A stretch of 64,000 bases of DNA from a virus, in the IMG/VR virus record IMGVR_UViG_3300025816_000006, positions 1-64,000 of that record. One strand, written 5' to 3'. Each line of letters begins with the position of its first letter. Within the stretch, counting starts at the first letter, position 1. A program made the translations under genes and the position numbers. The notes under the pieces are model-generated. The model searched no databases and was not told the DNA's origin. It saw only the letters and a program-made list of their open reading frames with translations. Of this stretch, positions 45,579 through 56,800 are shown piece after piece.

Positions 45579-46204
45579 TTACCGTAAAAATAAAAGAATC
45601 AGACTTACAGCTACAGAGATCTATAAATAAAGCTATTGCTGAACATATAAATAAAAAGATTAGATCTAAAAACAATTTTTTAGTAGGAAAAATAAAAAGG
45701 GCTGTTGAAAACTGGGTTTCTTCTCAGCCGGAAATAAAAAGCTTACTGTCTGATGGAGTTCCAAATAGCCTGAATTCTCAATTTGGATTAGCCAGAGGTT
45801 CTTCTAAAGGTGCTGTTAGTAGTATCGTAAAGGCAGTAGTTGATGCTACACAAGTCAAAGTCACCAAAGTTAACGAAAAACTAGAAGGCGGTATAGAGTT
45901 TAGATTTCAGCCTAAAGATTTTGTTAATTTGCTTTCTCTTTCTTCCGGTGTCGCTGCAACAGAAAAAGGGGCAAATCTAAGATGGCTTGAGTGGCTTTTA
46001 AAGGAAGGCGATAGAATTGTAGTTATAGGATATAGATATCAACCCTCTGAAGACGGTCGTGCTGGAGGAGGAACTATGCTTTCTGGGAGTGGCTTTAGGG
46101 TTCCACCTCAATTCTCTGGTACAGTAGAAGATAACTTTATAACCAGAGCCTTTTCTGGCAGAAGTAGTGAATTAAGTCAATTGCTGTCCGGGGTATTTAG
46201 ATAA
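45575..46204 (+). CDS. tail completion/neck protein (putative)
   Basis: WLEWLL..G...GT..DNFITRA pattern; position. Confidence 0.5.
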   Translation: MITVKIKESDLQLQRSINKAIAEHINKKIRSKNNFLVGKIKRAVENWVSSQPEIKSLLSDGVPNSLNSQFGLARGSSKGAVSSIVKAVVDATQVKVTKVNEKLEGGIEFRFQPKDFVNLLSLSSGVAATEKGANLRWLEWLLKEGDRIVVIGYRYQPSEDGRAGGGTMLSGSGFRVPPQFSGTVEDNFITRAFSGRSSELSQLLSGVFR

Positions 46205-47178
46205 TGGGTACTTTCCAAAAACTAAAAGGTATTTCAGATGTATTTGAGTACACTCTTAACAATGATATTCAGGATGGGCTGATTGAATATTTTGACTGGG
46301 CCTTACTTGATATTGGTAATTATTTTAATTCAACACTTGGAGAGTCCTCTCCAAACGGTCAAGACTATAGTAAACTAAGGCTTTCTTCAAATGATCAGTA
46401 TACAGCAGGTCAAGTTTGGGAGGGGTTTAGAAAAAATTGGATATGGCAGAGCGGGGTAAATTATTCTCCAGCGCCTTTAGTTGGCACTAATAATGTAAAA
46501 CCGGGAGTTTCTGGTGTTTATGTTGACGATGTATTTTATCCAAACACAACAACTGGAACTTATGCTCATACAATAGATCATTTTAACGGAAGAGTTATCT
46601 TTGACTCTGCTATACCATCTACGTCAAAAGTTCAAGCAGAACATAGCTACAAATGGATTAATGTTGTTTATGCAAATTCTGTGCCTTGGTTAAGAGAAAT
46701 ACAAACCGAAACAACTGAGCCAACTAGCAGTTTTTTTGATAAAGATAAGGGAAGTTGGAATATTCCTCCCGAATCTAGGCTGCAATTACCCGCAATCGCC
46801 GTAGAGGTTGTTGCGACTAGAAGGTTTAAAGCTTATGCTCTTGGAGGAGGACAATGGGTATATACAGATGTTATATTCCACTGTTTGGCAGAGGATGAAA
46901 TAACTAGAAATAAGCTTATAGACATTATTTCTATGCAAAGTGACAAAAATGTACCACTTTTTGATAGTAATAGTATAAATACAAGCGGAGACTACCCTCT
47001 GGACTACCAAGGAGTTCCTGTATCTGGAGCTTTGAGGTATCCAGAACTAGTGGAAAAACATAACGGAGGAACCTTGAGGCTAACAAACGCTATTGTACAG
47101 GACATGATCAGTGTAGATTCTGATATATTTGGAGGCGTTGTCAGATTTACAACAGAGGGAATTAAAACCAATATATAA
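46204..47178 (+). CDS. tail terminator-like protein (putative)
   Basis: QLPAIAVE motif; directly upstream of tail tube gene. Confidence 0.55.
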   Translation: MGTFQKLKGISDVFEYTLNNDIQDGLIEYFDWALLDIGNYFNSTLGESSPNGQDYSKLRLSSNDQYTAGQVWEGFRKNWIWQSGVNYSPAPLVGTNNVKPGVSGVYVDDVFYPNTTTGTYAHTIDHFNGRVIFDSAIPSTSKVQAEHSYKWINVVYANSVPWLREIQTETTEPTSSFFDKDKGSWNIPPESRLQLPAIAVEVVATRRFKAYALGGGQWVYTDVIFHCLAEDEITRNKLIDIISMQSDKNVPLFDSNSINTSGDYPLDYQGVPVSGALRYPELVEKHNGGTLRLTNAIVQDMISVDSDIFGGVVRFTTEGIKTNI

Positions 47179-47229
47179 TTTTTGTGTATAATAATATAGA
47201 AAATTTTTCTTTAAAAGGAGAGACTTAAA

Positions 47230-48495
47230 ATGTCCAGTAATAATAGAATTCTTTATTCGTGCCAAGTGCCAGCGATTGTTAATCACGGCGTTGGTGGTAG
47301 CGGTCTTGGTGGCAACGTAGATGCCAGAATAGCTCCCGGTATGGTTCATGGTGTACAAAGTATCGGTATTACCACCAACTTTAATCTAGAACAAGCGTTT
47401 GAGTTAGGTCAAATCGAGATTTATGAGAATATCGAGGGTACTCCCGACGTTGAAGTTACGATGGAGAAATTCATCGACGGCTATCCGTTAATGTATCTTT
47501 TGGCTTCAACTGGTGTCACTGGATCTAACGCTAGCGGTCTTGTTGCCCGATCTAAAGAGCGGTGTGACGTGGTTTTAGGCATTTTTGGCGAAGAATTCAA
47601 CAATGTAGCAGCGGCGGGTGGTGACGCTGAAGCTGAAGTTTACATGTCTGGTATGTACATTTCTAGTATCTCCTACAATATTCCGGTTGATGGAACCTGT
47701 ACTGAATCTATTACACTGGTTGGAAATAGTAAAGAATGGCTAACTGGTGATACTGTTTCCATGAGTGGTGCAGCTGTTAATGATTTTGACGGTCTAGACC
47801 AACCTTTGTCTATGGGTGTTACTGGTCCGTTTGGTCCCAGTGGTGGTCTTCAAAGACGTGAAGATGTGCTTCTTGAGCATAGTATCTTGCCTGTTGGTAT
47901 TCAGGGTGTTAACGGAACTGGGCTTGGTAATTCCTATAGAGAAACTGAAGCATCTTACGCAGCAAGCGCTTCAATAGCCGATCAAAACACAGCAAGAAAT
48001 CTAGCGAGATTTACAGCCAGTGGATTGGGTGTTCACGTTCAAAGTGTTAGTATTAGTACTGACTTTAGTCGTGAAGACGTTTTCGAGCTTGGTAGAAAAA
48101 CTCCTTTCTATCGTCCTGCTAACTTCCCCATTGAAGTTAGCTGTGAGATTGAAGCTATTACCACTTCTGGTGACTTCATTAACGCACTTGAAAATGGAGA
48201 CCCATCACTCTTCCAGACCACAGCTTCTGGTAATAATACCGGAGAAGAGAATATCTTCTTTACGCTTCGTGGTGGTATAACAATTGATGTTGGTACTAAG
48301 AATAGACTTTCAAGTGTTAGTTATGGTGGAGCAGACGCAACTGGTGGTAACGCATCGTGTACCTACAGCTACACTAACTTTAACGACTTGGATGTTAAGC
48401 AGCTTGGTCATAACGATATCACCAAGATGGGTTTCAAAGACACAAACGCAACTACATACTTCAAAACGCAGACCGACAGTGAAGGCGATGCATAA
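47230..48495 (+). CDS. major tail tube protein
   Basis: Two GVQS...FELG repeats; strong SD and late motif; upstream of chaperones and tape measure. Confidence 0.75.
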   Translation: MSSNNRILYSCQVPAIVNHGVGGSGLGGNVDARIAPGMVHGVQSIGITTNFNLEQAFELGQIEIYENIEGTPDVEVTMEKFIDGYPLMYLLASTGVTGSNASGLVARSKERCDVVLGIFGEEFNNVAAAGGDAEAEVYMSGMYISSISYNIPVDGTCTESITLVGNSKEWLTGDTVSMSGAAVNDFDGLDQPLSMGVTGPFGPSGGLQRREDVLLEHSILPVGIQGVNGTGLGNSYRETEASYAASASIADQNTARNLARFTASGLGVHVQSVSISTDFSREDVFELGRKTPFYRPANFPIEVSCEIEAITTSGDFINALENGDPSLFQTTASGNNTGEENIFFTLRGGITIDVGTKNRLSSVSYGGADATGGNASCTYSYTNFNDLDVKQLGHNDITKMGFKDTNATTYFKTQTDSEGDA

Positions 48496-48588
48496 TAATT
48501 AACCACTAAGCGATAGCTTTCAGGACAGCAAGTAAAGTGGAATAGGAAAGGATAATATGAATATACAAACTCCCGCCGTGAGGTTTCT

Positions 48589-49626
48589 ATGAAGCAACAT
48601 GAGCGGGAGTATTTTGTATCTAGGATAAGGTCTGGATTTTATGTTGCTAAATATAATGAATCTAGATTAAAGATATTGACTCCGACTATAGAAGATGAGT
48701 TTGAAATAAATCAGGACTTTATGGATTCCTACGAATCTTCTTTAGAAAGAGGATTAAAAACAGAAGACGAGATGATAGAATGGATGATCGAACGTGGTTT
48801 ATGGGGGAATGAAGACGAAGAAAGAATAAAAGGATTAGATAAAGACATAGAAAGATTAAAGTTAGAGATATATCAGGCCGCTAATGACGATAAACTTAAA
48901 AGTCAAATAAGACTATATTTAAGAGCAGGAGAGAAGCAGCTATCTCAAATGCACAGCAAAAAGTCTAAGTATTTTTTAAACACATGCGAAGGCGTAGCTA
49001 ATATTTGTAAAATACATAAAATGCTCAAGCTATGTACTTATAACGGCTCAGACTTGTGTGACTTTGATTTATTCCCAATTGATTTAATTTCTAATTATTA
49101 TTTCTCGATGGTTCTGGGGGAGCGCAAAATAAGAGAGCTTGCCAGAACAGATCCTTGGAGGGGCATCTGGTCTATGAATGATTCTAATGCTTATAAATTA
49201 TTTTCTAACTTAGATAGACAACTGTCAATTGATCAAAGAAATATACTAATATGGTCTAGAATGTATGATAATGTTCAGGAGTCTTTAGAGTGTCCTTCTG
49301 ATGATATTATTGAGGATGACGACATGTTAGACGGCTGGTTTATTAGTCAGAGGAAAAAGCGAGAACAAGAAAAAACAGAAGCGGAGATAGAGGGTACGAT
49401 GAATGAAAAAGTAGCAAATTCTAGCGAAGTTTACGTAGTGGCTAAATCTCAAAAAGATCACGAAAGAATCGAAAGCTTAAATAATCCACATGCTAAAATG
49501 GTTAAAAAACAAAGAATGGCGGTGATCAAACAAAAGGGAAAGGCTGGTCAGTTGGATTTTCAAGACGAAAAATTAAAAATGAGAGCGAAACAAACTGATC
49601 AATACAAGGAAAAATTTAGGAGATAA
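48589..49626 (+). CDS. hypothetical protein (possible tail assembly chaperone)
   Basis: Position; ECPSDDIIEDDDMLDGW motif. Confidence 0.55.
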   Translation: MKQHEREYFVSRIRSGFYVAKYNESRLKILTPTIEDEFEINQDFMDSYESSLERGLKTEDEMIEWMIERGLWGNEDEERIKGLDKDIERLKLEIYQAANDDKLKSQIRLYLRAGEKQLSQMHSKKSKYFLNTCEGVANICKIHKMLKLCTYNGSDLCDFDLFPIDLISNYYFSMVLGERKIRELARTDPWRGIWSMNDSNAYKLFSNLDRQLSIDQRNILIWSRMYDNVQESLECPSDDIIEDDDMLDGWFISQRKKREQEKTEAEIEGTMNEKVANSSEVYVVAKSQKDHERIESLNNPHAKMVKKQRMAVIKQKGKAGQLDFQDEKLKMRAKQTDQYKEKFRR

Positions 49627-49628
49627 AA

Positions 49629-49994
49629 ATGGAGGATTATAATAATCTTATCAGACAACATTCTGAGTATAAAAAGGTAAAGGAGGATAAATATAGATGT
49701 GACTCAAAAGATAGACTTTCTAAGATATTAAGAAAAAAAGTTGAAACTACAATGATTGGCGCACTAAGCTCTATGGAAAAACACCTTGGGTTCCTTTGGA
49801 CCAGCGAGGGAGATTTAACCCCAGAACAAAAAACCATGTATGATATCTACCAGAAAGTTAGAGAAGAGGTGCTAGACAAAGGTAACTCTCAAGCTAGAAA
49901 CGTTGACGCAGAACTAAATCAATATGAAGTAAAGTGGTTAAGATACACTTCTACTATTCCGGTAAAAACCAAAAAGGAAGGAAATGATGAATAA
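49629..49994 (+). CDS. hypothetical protein
   Basis: ORF in operon. Confidence 0.7.
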   Translation: MEDYNNLIRQHSEYKKVKEDKYRCDSKDRLSKILRKKVETTMIGALSSMEKHLGFLWTSEGDLTPEQKTMYDIYQKVREEVLDKGNSQARNVDAELNQYEVKWLRYTSTIPVKTKKEGNDE

Positions 49995-50832
49995 AAAAGA
50001 CGTAACTGTAACTCTTCAAGACGACAAAGAGGTTAAGATTTATGTAACTTCTCCCACCGCAAAAACGGTGCAGAGGGCAGATAGATACAGAGCTAAAACT
50101 TGGACTGAATGCATTGAAGATGGCATCAAGACTAAAGATGAGTTAGCCACGATGATGAAGAATCGTGGAGTCTGGACGAAAGACCACGAAGAAAGAGAGC
50201 GCGATATCACTCAGAAATTGATTCAGTGTGAAAAAGACTTATATCTTGGTAACGGAAAAAAGAAGGTTCCCCTATCTGATGGCAAGGAAATTGCCGTAAA
50301 AATGAGAGTTTTGAGAAACGAGCTTAGGCAGCTTTATATGGAAAGATCTTCTTTGGAACAGAATTCAGCAGAGGCGTTGGCAGATAACGCTAGATTTGAT
50401 TATCTTGTGTCTGGCTCTACCTTCTATGAAAACGGAGAAAAGGTGTATAATGGTATAGAAGATTATAACAGTAAAAGTTCAGATGAGGTCGCTTTTGCGG
50501 CAGCGGGCGCTTTAGCTGAAATGATGTATAATTATGACCCATCGACAGAGCAAAATCTACCAGAAAACAAGTGGTTAAAAACATTTGAATTAGTAGATGA
50601 TAATCTTAGTTTAGTAAACGAAGATAAAAAGTTGGTGGATTTAGATGGTAGAACTATTAATGAATTTGGCTTTTTTGTCAATGAAGATGGTAGCAGGATA
50701 GATAAAGACGGAAACCTTTTGGACGATAATGGTAATTACGTAATCAAGGTGGATTACGAAAAACCAAGTTCCAGAAAAAAACCAAGGAAAACTACAAGAA
50801 CTACAAAAACAAAAGTAACAACGGAAAGTTAA
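49984..50832 (+). CDS. putative tail assembly chaperone
   Basis: Directly upstream of tape measure gene. Confidence 0.5.
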   Translation: MMNKKDVTVTLQDDKEVKIYVTSPTAKTVQRADRYRAKTWTECIEDGIKTKDELATMMKNRGVWTKDHEERERDITQKLIQCEKDLYLGNGKKKVPLSDGKEIAVKMRVLRNELRQLYMERSSLEQNSAEALADNARFDYLVSGSTFYENGEKVYNGIEDYNSKSSDEVAFAAAGALAEMMYNYDPSTEQNLPENKWLKTFELVDDNLSLVNEDKKLVDLDGRTINEFGFFVNEDGSRIDKDGNLLDDNGNYVIKVDYEKPSSRKKPRKTTRTTKTKVTTES

Positions 50833-50867
50833 AGGGTAGTGTGGTCAATATTTCCTAGAGAGATACA

Positions 50868-53800
50868 ATGTCGAAATTTGTACTAACAGCCCAGTTACAA
50901 TTAAAAGCTCCAGCAAATACTAAACAGGTTGTTTCCCAGATGCGGAGACAGCTTAGTGGTATTAATGTGAACGTAGGTGTCAAAGGCGCACCGCAGGCAC
51001 AAAAACAAATAGCAAAAGTAAATCAACAAGTCAATAAGCTAAACAAGACTGGCACAAGGTTAGGTAAGACTTTTGGTTTGGCTATCAACAGATTCGCAGC
51101 TTTTACGGTTGCGTCTAGGGCTGTAAGTCTGTTCACAAACGGGCTTGCCAATGCTACTAGGGAAGCTATTGACTTTGAAAGAGAGTTAGTTAAAATCTCT
51201 CAGGTTACTGGAAAGACAATACAAGAATTGTCTGGTCTTAATAATACTATAACTCAATTATCTGTAAATCTTGGCACATCTAGTAAAGACCTTCTTGCTA
51301 CAACCAGAATCTTGGCTCAAGCTGGTATTCAAGCTAGAGACTTGGATGTTGCCCTTGCTGCTCTTGCAAAAACAACTTTAGCCCCTACATTTGAAGATAT
51401 AACGAAGACGGCAGAAGGTGCGGTTGCTATTCTTGCTCAGTTTGGTCAGGGTGTTGGCGCATTAGAAAGTCAGCTTGGTGCTATTAATGCTGTCGCTGGT
51501 CAGTTTGCTGTTGAGTCTGGTGACTTGATCTCTGTTGTTCGTCGTACTGGTGGTGTGTTTAAGGCCGCTGGTGGTGACTTAAATGAACTTCTTGCTTTAT
51601 TCACAAGTGTTCGTGCAACAACGCGAGAAAGCGCAGAAAGTATTGCAACAGGTTTGCGTACTATTTTCACACGTATTCAACGTCCTAAAACGATTGAGTT
51701 TCTTAAACAGTTTGGTGTTGAATTAGTAGATCTTAATGGTAAATTTGTTGGACCTTTTGAAGCTGTGAAACAACTTAGTAGTGCCTTATCTGGACTTGGT
51801 GAGGGTGATATTAGGTTTGTTCAAATCGCTGAAGAGCTTGGTGGATTCCGTCAAATTGGTAAAGTTATCCCACTTCTTCAACAGTTTGAGACTGCGGAGA
51901 GGGCAAGGCAAGCAGCGCTGGAAGGTGGAGGTAGCTTGACTAGAGATGCTGCCACAGCGCAACAGGCTCTTGCTGTTCAAATCACAAAGGTTAAAGAAGA
52001 GTTTCTTGCTCTTGTTCGTAGTATAAGCCAGACGGGTAGCTTCCAAACCTTTGTAAAAACCACACTGGACTTGGCAAGTGCGCTTATTAGTGTTGCTGAT
52101 GCACTCAAGCCTATTATACCATTACTTACCGCCTTCGCTGGTATAAAACTAGCAAGAGGTCTTGCGGGTTTTGGTTCTGGCATTGGCGCTGCACTTAAAG
52201 GCGGTCCTAGAGGATTTAATTCTGGCGGCTTGGTTCCGGGGAGTGGAAACAGGGATACTGTTCCGGCTATGCTTACGCCCGGAGAGTTCGTTATACGCAA
52301 GAGTAGTGTTTCAAAAATGGGTGTTGGCGCTCTTGCTGAGATGAATAACAGTAAGTACGCTAAAGGCGGTAGCGTTAAGATAATAGATCCTATTGGTCAA
52401 ATAGCCCCAAGAGGCGCTCCGGGAAATTCTCAAAGTCAAACCAAAACTAAAACAGTAGGTGAGCTATCTGGAAAAAGTAGCACACTATCTAGAAAATTTA
52501 AAGCCGCAGGTTTGAAAAGTGGTGATACGATTGACATCCAACCACAAAAAGTAGGTCAATTTACCTTAGATAGAGGAAATCAATTTGCGGAAAGCGACTT
52601 CATGAGGGATGTCGTTCCAAGTATAAACGCCGCAATTAAAAAACAACTTACAGCAAAAATAGGTAGCATAGGTCAATTTAGATCAATAGGCAATGACGCA
52701 AAGGCAAAAGAGTCTTTAGGTGGTTTTGCATTTGAAAGATTTGCTGGTGCTATTTTAGGTATTTCTCCGGGGGGAGACACTACACCCTTCGACTTTGCCT
52801 TGGCTGGAGGTAGGAAGAAAGAACTTGAAGAAGAGACTAAAAATGATCCTTTAGCAAAGTTTGTTGACGCTAAAAGGTCTTTCGTTGGTGCTGGTCAAAT
52901 TGTTAGTAAAGCGATTAGAGATAGTAGGGTTCAAAAACAATTTATACCAGTCAAAGGAAATCAAAAAAAACGTAGACCTAAGTTCTTTGGCGGTGCTATT
53001 CAAAAGTTTGCCCTTGGTGGTCTTGCTCAAAAGAATAGAATGGGCTTTGCTATTCTTGATCCAGACAGAAAAGCTCAGGACATGGACGCGAAAGTTACAC
53101 GCGCTCAAATTAGAGGTGCTGTCAAGGGAACTGAAGGACAAAGAAAAGCTTTAGACAAAGAACTTAGCTGGTCTAATAAGAACTTTAAAGTCGCCAGACA
53201 AGGACTTAACGCAAAAACATCTGAAAAATTCTACAGCACATTATCAAGAGAGGCTGCTCAAGGAGTTTCTGTTGCCGCTGCTGGTCTTTCTAGTGATTTG
53301 GGCTTGGGTAGTATTACAGTCCCTGAAACATCTAAGAATTTGCTAGCTGATAGTATCAGAAAATCTGGCTCTATGATGGGCAAAGTGTTTGAAGATGTTG
53401 TAAATGTTATGGACGGTAGAGGTAAGTTTTCTCCATCGCCTCCCGGTGCGCCTTTTGACTTTAAAGGTGGATTACAAGGCGCTCTTAAAGATAATTACGA
53501 TAAACTTCCTTCTACTTTTGTAGACGCTAAAACTAGCTATACAGAAGCTAGCGCTGGCGAAGCTCAAAAGAAAATTATCAACGAGCTTGCTCAAACCTAT
53601 CAACAAACACCCACTTATGCTAACAATAAGAAAGGTGACAAGAAAGGTGAAACTCAGAAACAAGCTGCCGCCAGAATGCAGAGAGAGCAAAAGGGTCAAG
53701 CAAGACTTGCTAAACTAAGAGCAAAAGCTGGTTACAATATGGGCGGCGCTGCTCCTTCTGATACAGTTCCAGCGTTGTTGACCCCCGGCGAATTTGTTAT

Positions 53801-56800
53801 CAATAAGAGTGCTGCTTCTAAGATTGGTAAAGCAAATCTAGATCGCATGAACAAGCAGGGCGTGAAAGGCTTTGCTGACGGCGGTATTGTTCAACGATTT
53901 GTAAATGGCGGTCAACCAAAAGCTGTTAACTTTGGTAATATAACTAACAGTGGTATAAACCTATCTGCGGCAGCGGAAAGACGTGCCGCTGCGGGAAATG
54001 AGATTAAAAAACAAGAAAGCACTCTTGTTAAAGCGTTGCAGAGTATTAGTAAAAGCGTTATAAATGCTGGAATTGCAATAACGAAAACCCCGCAGCAAAT
54101 TAAGGGACTAGATACTGCTATAACAAATACAAGCAATGCAATTACTAAAGCTGGGACAAATATTTCAAGCGGGCTTTCTGGTGCTGGAAAGGTAGTACAA
54201 GCAGTAGACTCTAGAATTGGAAATGCTTTCAATAAAATTGTAGGAGTTGCTACTAAAGAAGGTAGTTTAATTCAAAAATCATTTAGTGGTGTAAATAGGG
54301 CTGTACAATCAGGACAGAAATTACTTTCTGGTGGTTTTAGTGGTGTTGTTAATACTATAAATATAAAAGGCCCAAAAGTTTTAGATGGTGTACTCCGTAC
54401 TATTGCTAGAAAAACTCCACAACTTAATGACGCTTTTTCATTTATATCAAAAGGTATAAAAGTTAGTGGAGAAGGAGTAACAGCAGCGCTGGCTTCAGCT
54501 AAAAATAAAATATCAACTTCTGCTCCAGCCGCTGCTGGCCCTAAAACGAGAACGGTGTATAGCTCCAAGGGAACTGGCGCTTTTGGGCGAACATTCGACG
54601 GACGCGCAGCTAAGGTTGACGCTGCTCAAAGATCATTAGAAAAAAGGATGAAGCTTCAGGGTGTATCTGCAAGAAACACTACAAAAGGCTTGCAGGCTCT
54701 CTCGGTCGCTGCACAACAAGGAGGAAGCAGAGCCGATATGCTCGCAAAAGGAATGGCTGCTGCTGGTGTTACTGTTGAAAAACTAAAAGTAGCGCAACAA
54801 AAAGCCGCTGCCGCATCAGAAAAAGCAGCAAAAATGGCCGAACGTAGGGCCGAAAGAGAAAAGCGTGGTGGCGGTGGCAGAATAGATGGGATGGGCGCTT
54901 TCTTTGCTCTTTCAAGCATATCTATGATGATACCAAAGGTTGAGGGTGCTACAGAAGGTTTGGGTGCAATTCAAAATGCTAGCGGTGATTTGATAATGCA
55001 ACTTGGTACGTTTGGCTTTGTTGTTCAGTCGCTTGGCGTAAAGATGAATGCATTTACCGCCGGTATAGGCGGTGCTTTAGCAGCGACTTATGCGATTACA
55101 AGTGTAATGGACGCTTATAGCGGTGTTCACGAAAAAGCTAAAGCGGCTGTAGAAGAAGGTAGAATAGCAGATGCGGGAGCGGCGGCAGTTTCTAGTCAAG
55201 CTCAAAAAGACCTAAACAAACTTGCTTTGGGCGCAGCGGCTGCTGGTGCTACAATAGGAGTAGTTTTTGGGCCTGCTGGAACTTTGGTTGGAGGTATTGT
55301 TGGAGGTCTTGTTGGAACTCTTGCTGGGATTGGAGTTAAGCTACTTCCAGAAAGTACAGTAAATTCGTTTAGAGATAAATTTAGTACTATTTTTGGCACT
55401 GACTCAACAGCATTAATAAAAGAAAGAGCGGAAGCTGCTGCTGCACTTAAAAAGGCCGAGCTAAATGCTGCTGACGCTGCTGATCGAGCCGCAGAAGCTT
55501 TAAAGAGAATAGCCTCTGGCGATGAAACGCTTCTTGACGCCTTCCAAAGCGGCGAGTTAACAGTAAACGTACAAGACTTCAAGAGAGCGCTCGCAGAAGC
55601 TACCGATGTAGAAAAACAAGCGGCTAAAGATAGAGCTAATACATTAGAAATTGAAAACAAGGGCGCAGTAGAAGCTGGCGGCGTTCTAGCTGGAATACTT
55701 ACTGGCGCTGCGGCAGGTGCGGCTATTGGTTCAGGTTTTGCTGGAGTTGGAGCTATACCCGGAGTGGTTGTTGGGGGCATCGCTGGAGGTATTGCTGGGG
55801 GTGGTGCAGGATTTGGTATTGCAAGAGCATTTACCGGAGCAGATGAGCGAGCCGATGCAAAAGTTGAAGCAGCAAAAAAGGCTAGAGAAGAAACAGAAAA
55901 GGCTTTAAATGAAGCTATTAAAAAACGTATACCTCAGTTTAATCAATTAGGCAGAGAGCTATTTCGTGCCGGTGCAAGTTTTGAAGATTTTGTTGGCAAG
56001 ATTGAAAGTTTTCCGGGTTTTGAAGATACTGGCTTTGAAGACCTTGATCCTTTAGTTCAGAAAAAACTGGCGCAAGGATTTAGAAACAACGCAGTAGCTG
56101 TTGCTGAAAACACAGCAGCGTTTTCTCGAATTACTTTAGGGTTGAGACCGGTAATTGCCGCCACCAGTGGATTAAACGTATCGCTAGACAGAACTATTTC
56201 TATAGTAGAAGGTAAATTTAATGGACTGTCTTCTGCTTTATCTACAGTGGAGGCAGGACTTTCTGGAGCCACGATTGATACTAGCGAGTTTGACCAAGCA
56301 CTAGCTCAAATAAATAGCGAGTTTAAAAGCTTTGGTGTTGCTGATTCTACTATCAATAAATTAAATAAAAACTTTAGCGCACTAAGGATTGCTAGCGGTG
56401 GCTTCCAAGACGCACTAGAGAAAGTTAAAGACAAAGTTATAAATGATGAGCTTGGTGGTAAGTCTATAAAAGAAGTAATAATAAGTGAACTTACTAATCT
56501 ACAGGGACTAGATGATGCTGGAAGAAAGATCATTGCCGATGTATTTGGCAATGTTGACTTTACCGGCGACGATGCTGAAGCGTTAGCAAAAGGCAACCTT
56601 GATGTCGTACTAAATAAGCTCGACGAAGCTGGTAAAAAGGCTTTTGAAAAATCTTTAGCTGCTGGAAACGCACTGGCTGAAGCTCAGAATAAACTTGTAA
56701 AAATTGCTGAAAAAACAGTAAGCTCTCAAGAGAAGATGATAGCGGCTCAGATTAAGTCTATAAATCTTCAAGAAGAAGCAATTAAGCTTAGAGGGAAGGA

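Noticed and set aside
42432-50832. Contractile tail sheath; programmed frameshift in tail chaperones
   Set aside because: No sheath-like gene is recognisable between neck and tape measure, and I found no convincing slippery site with an overlapping downstream frame.
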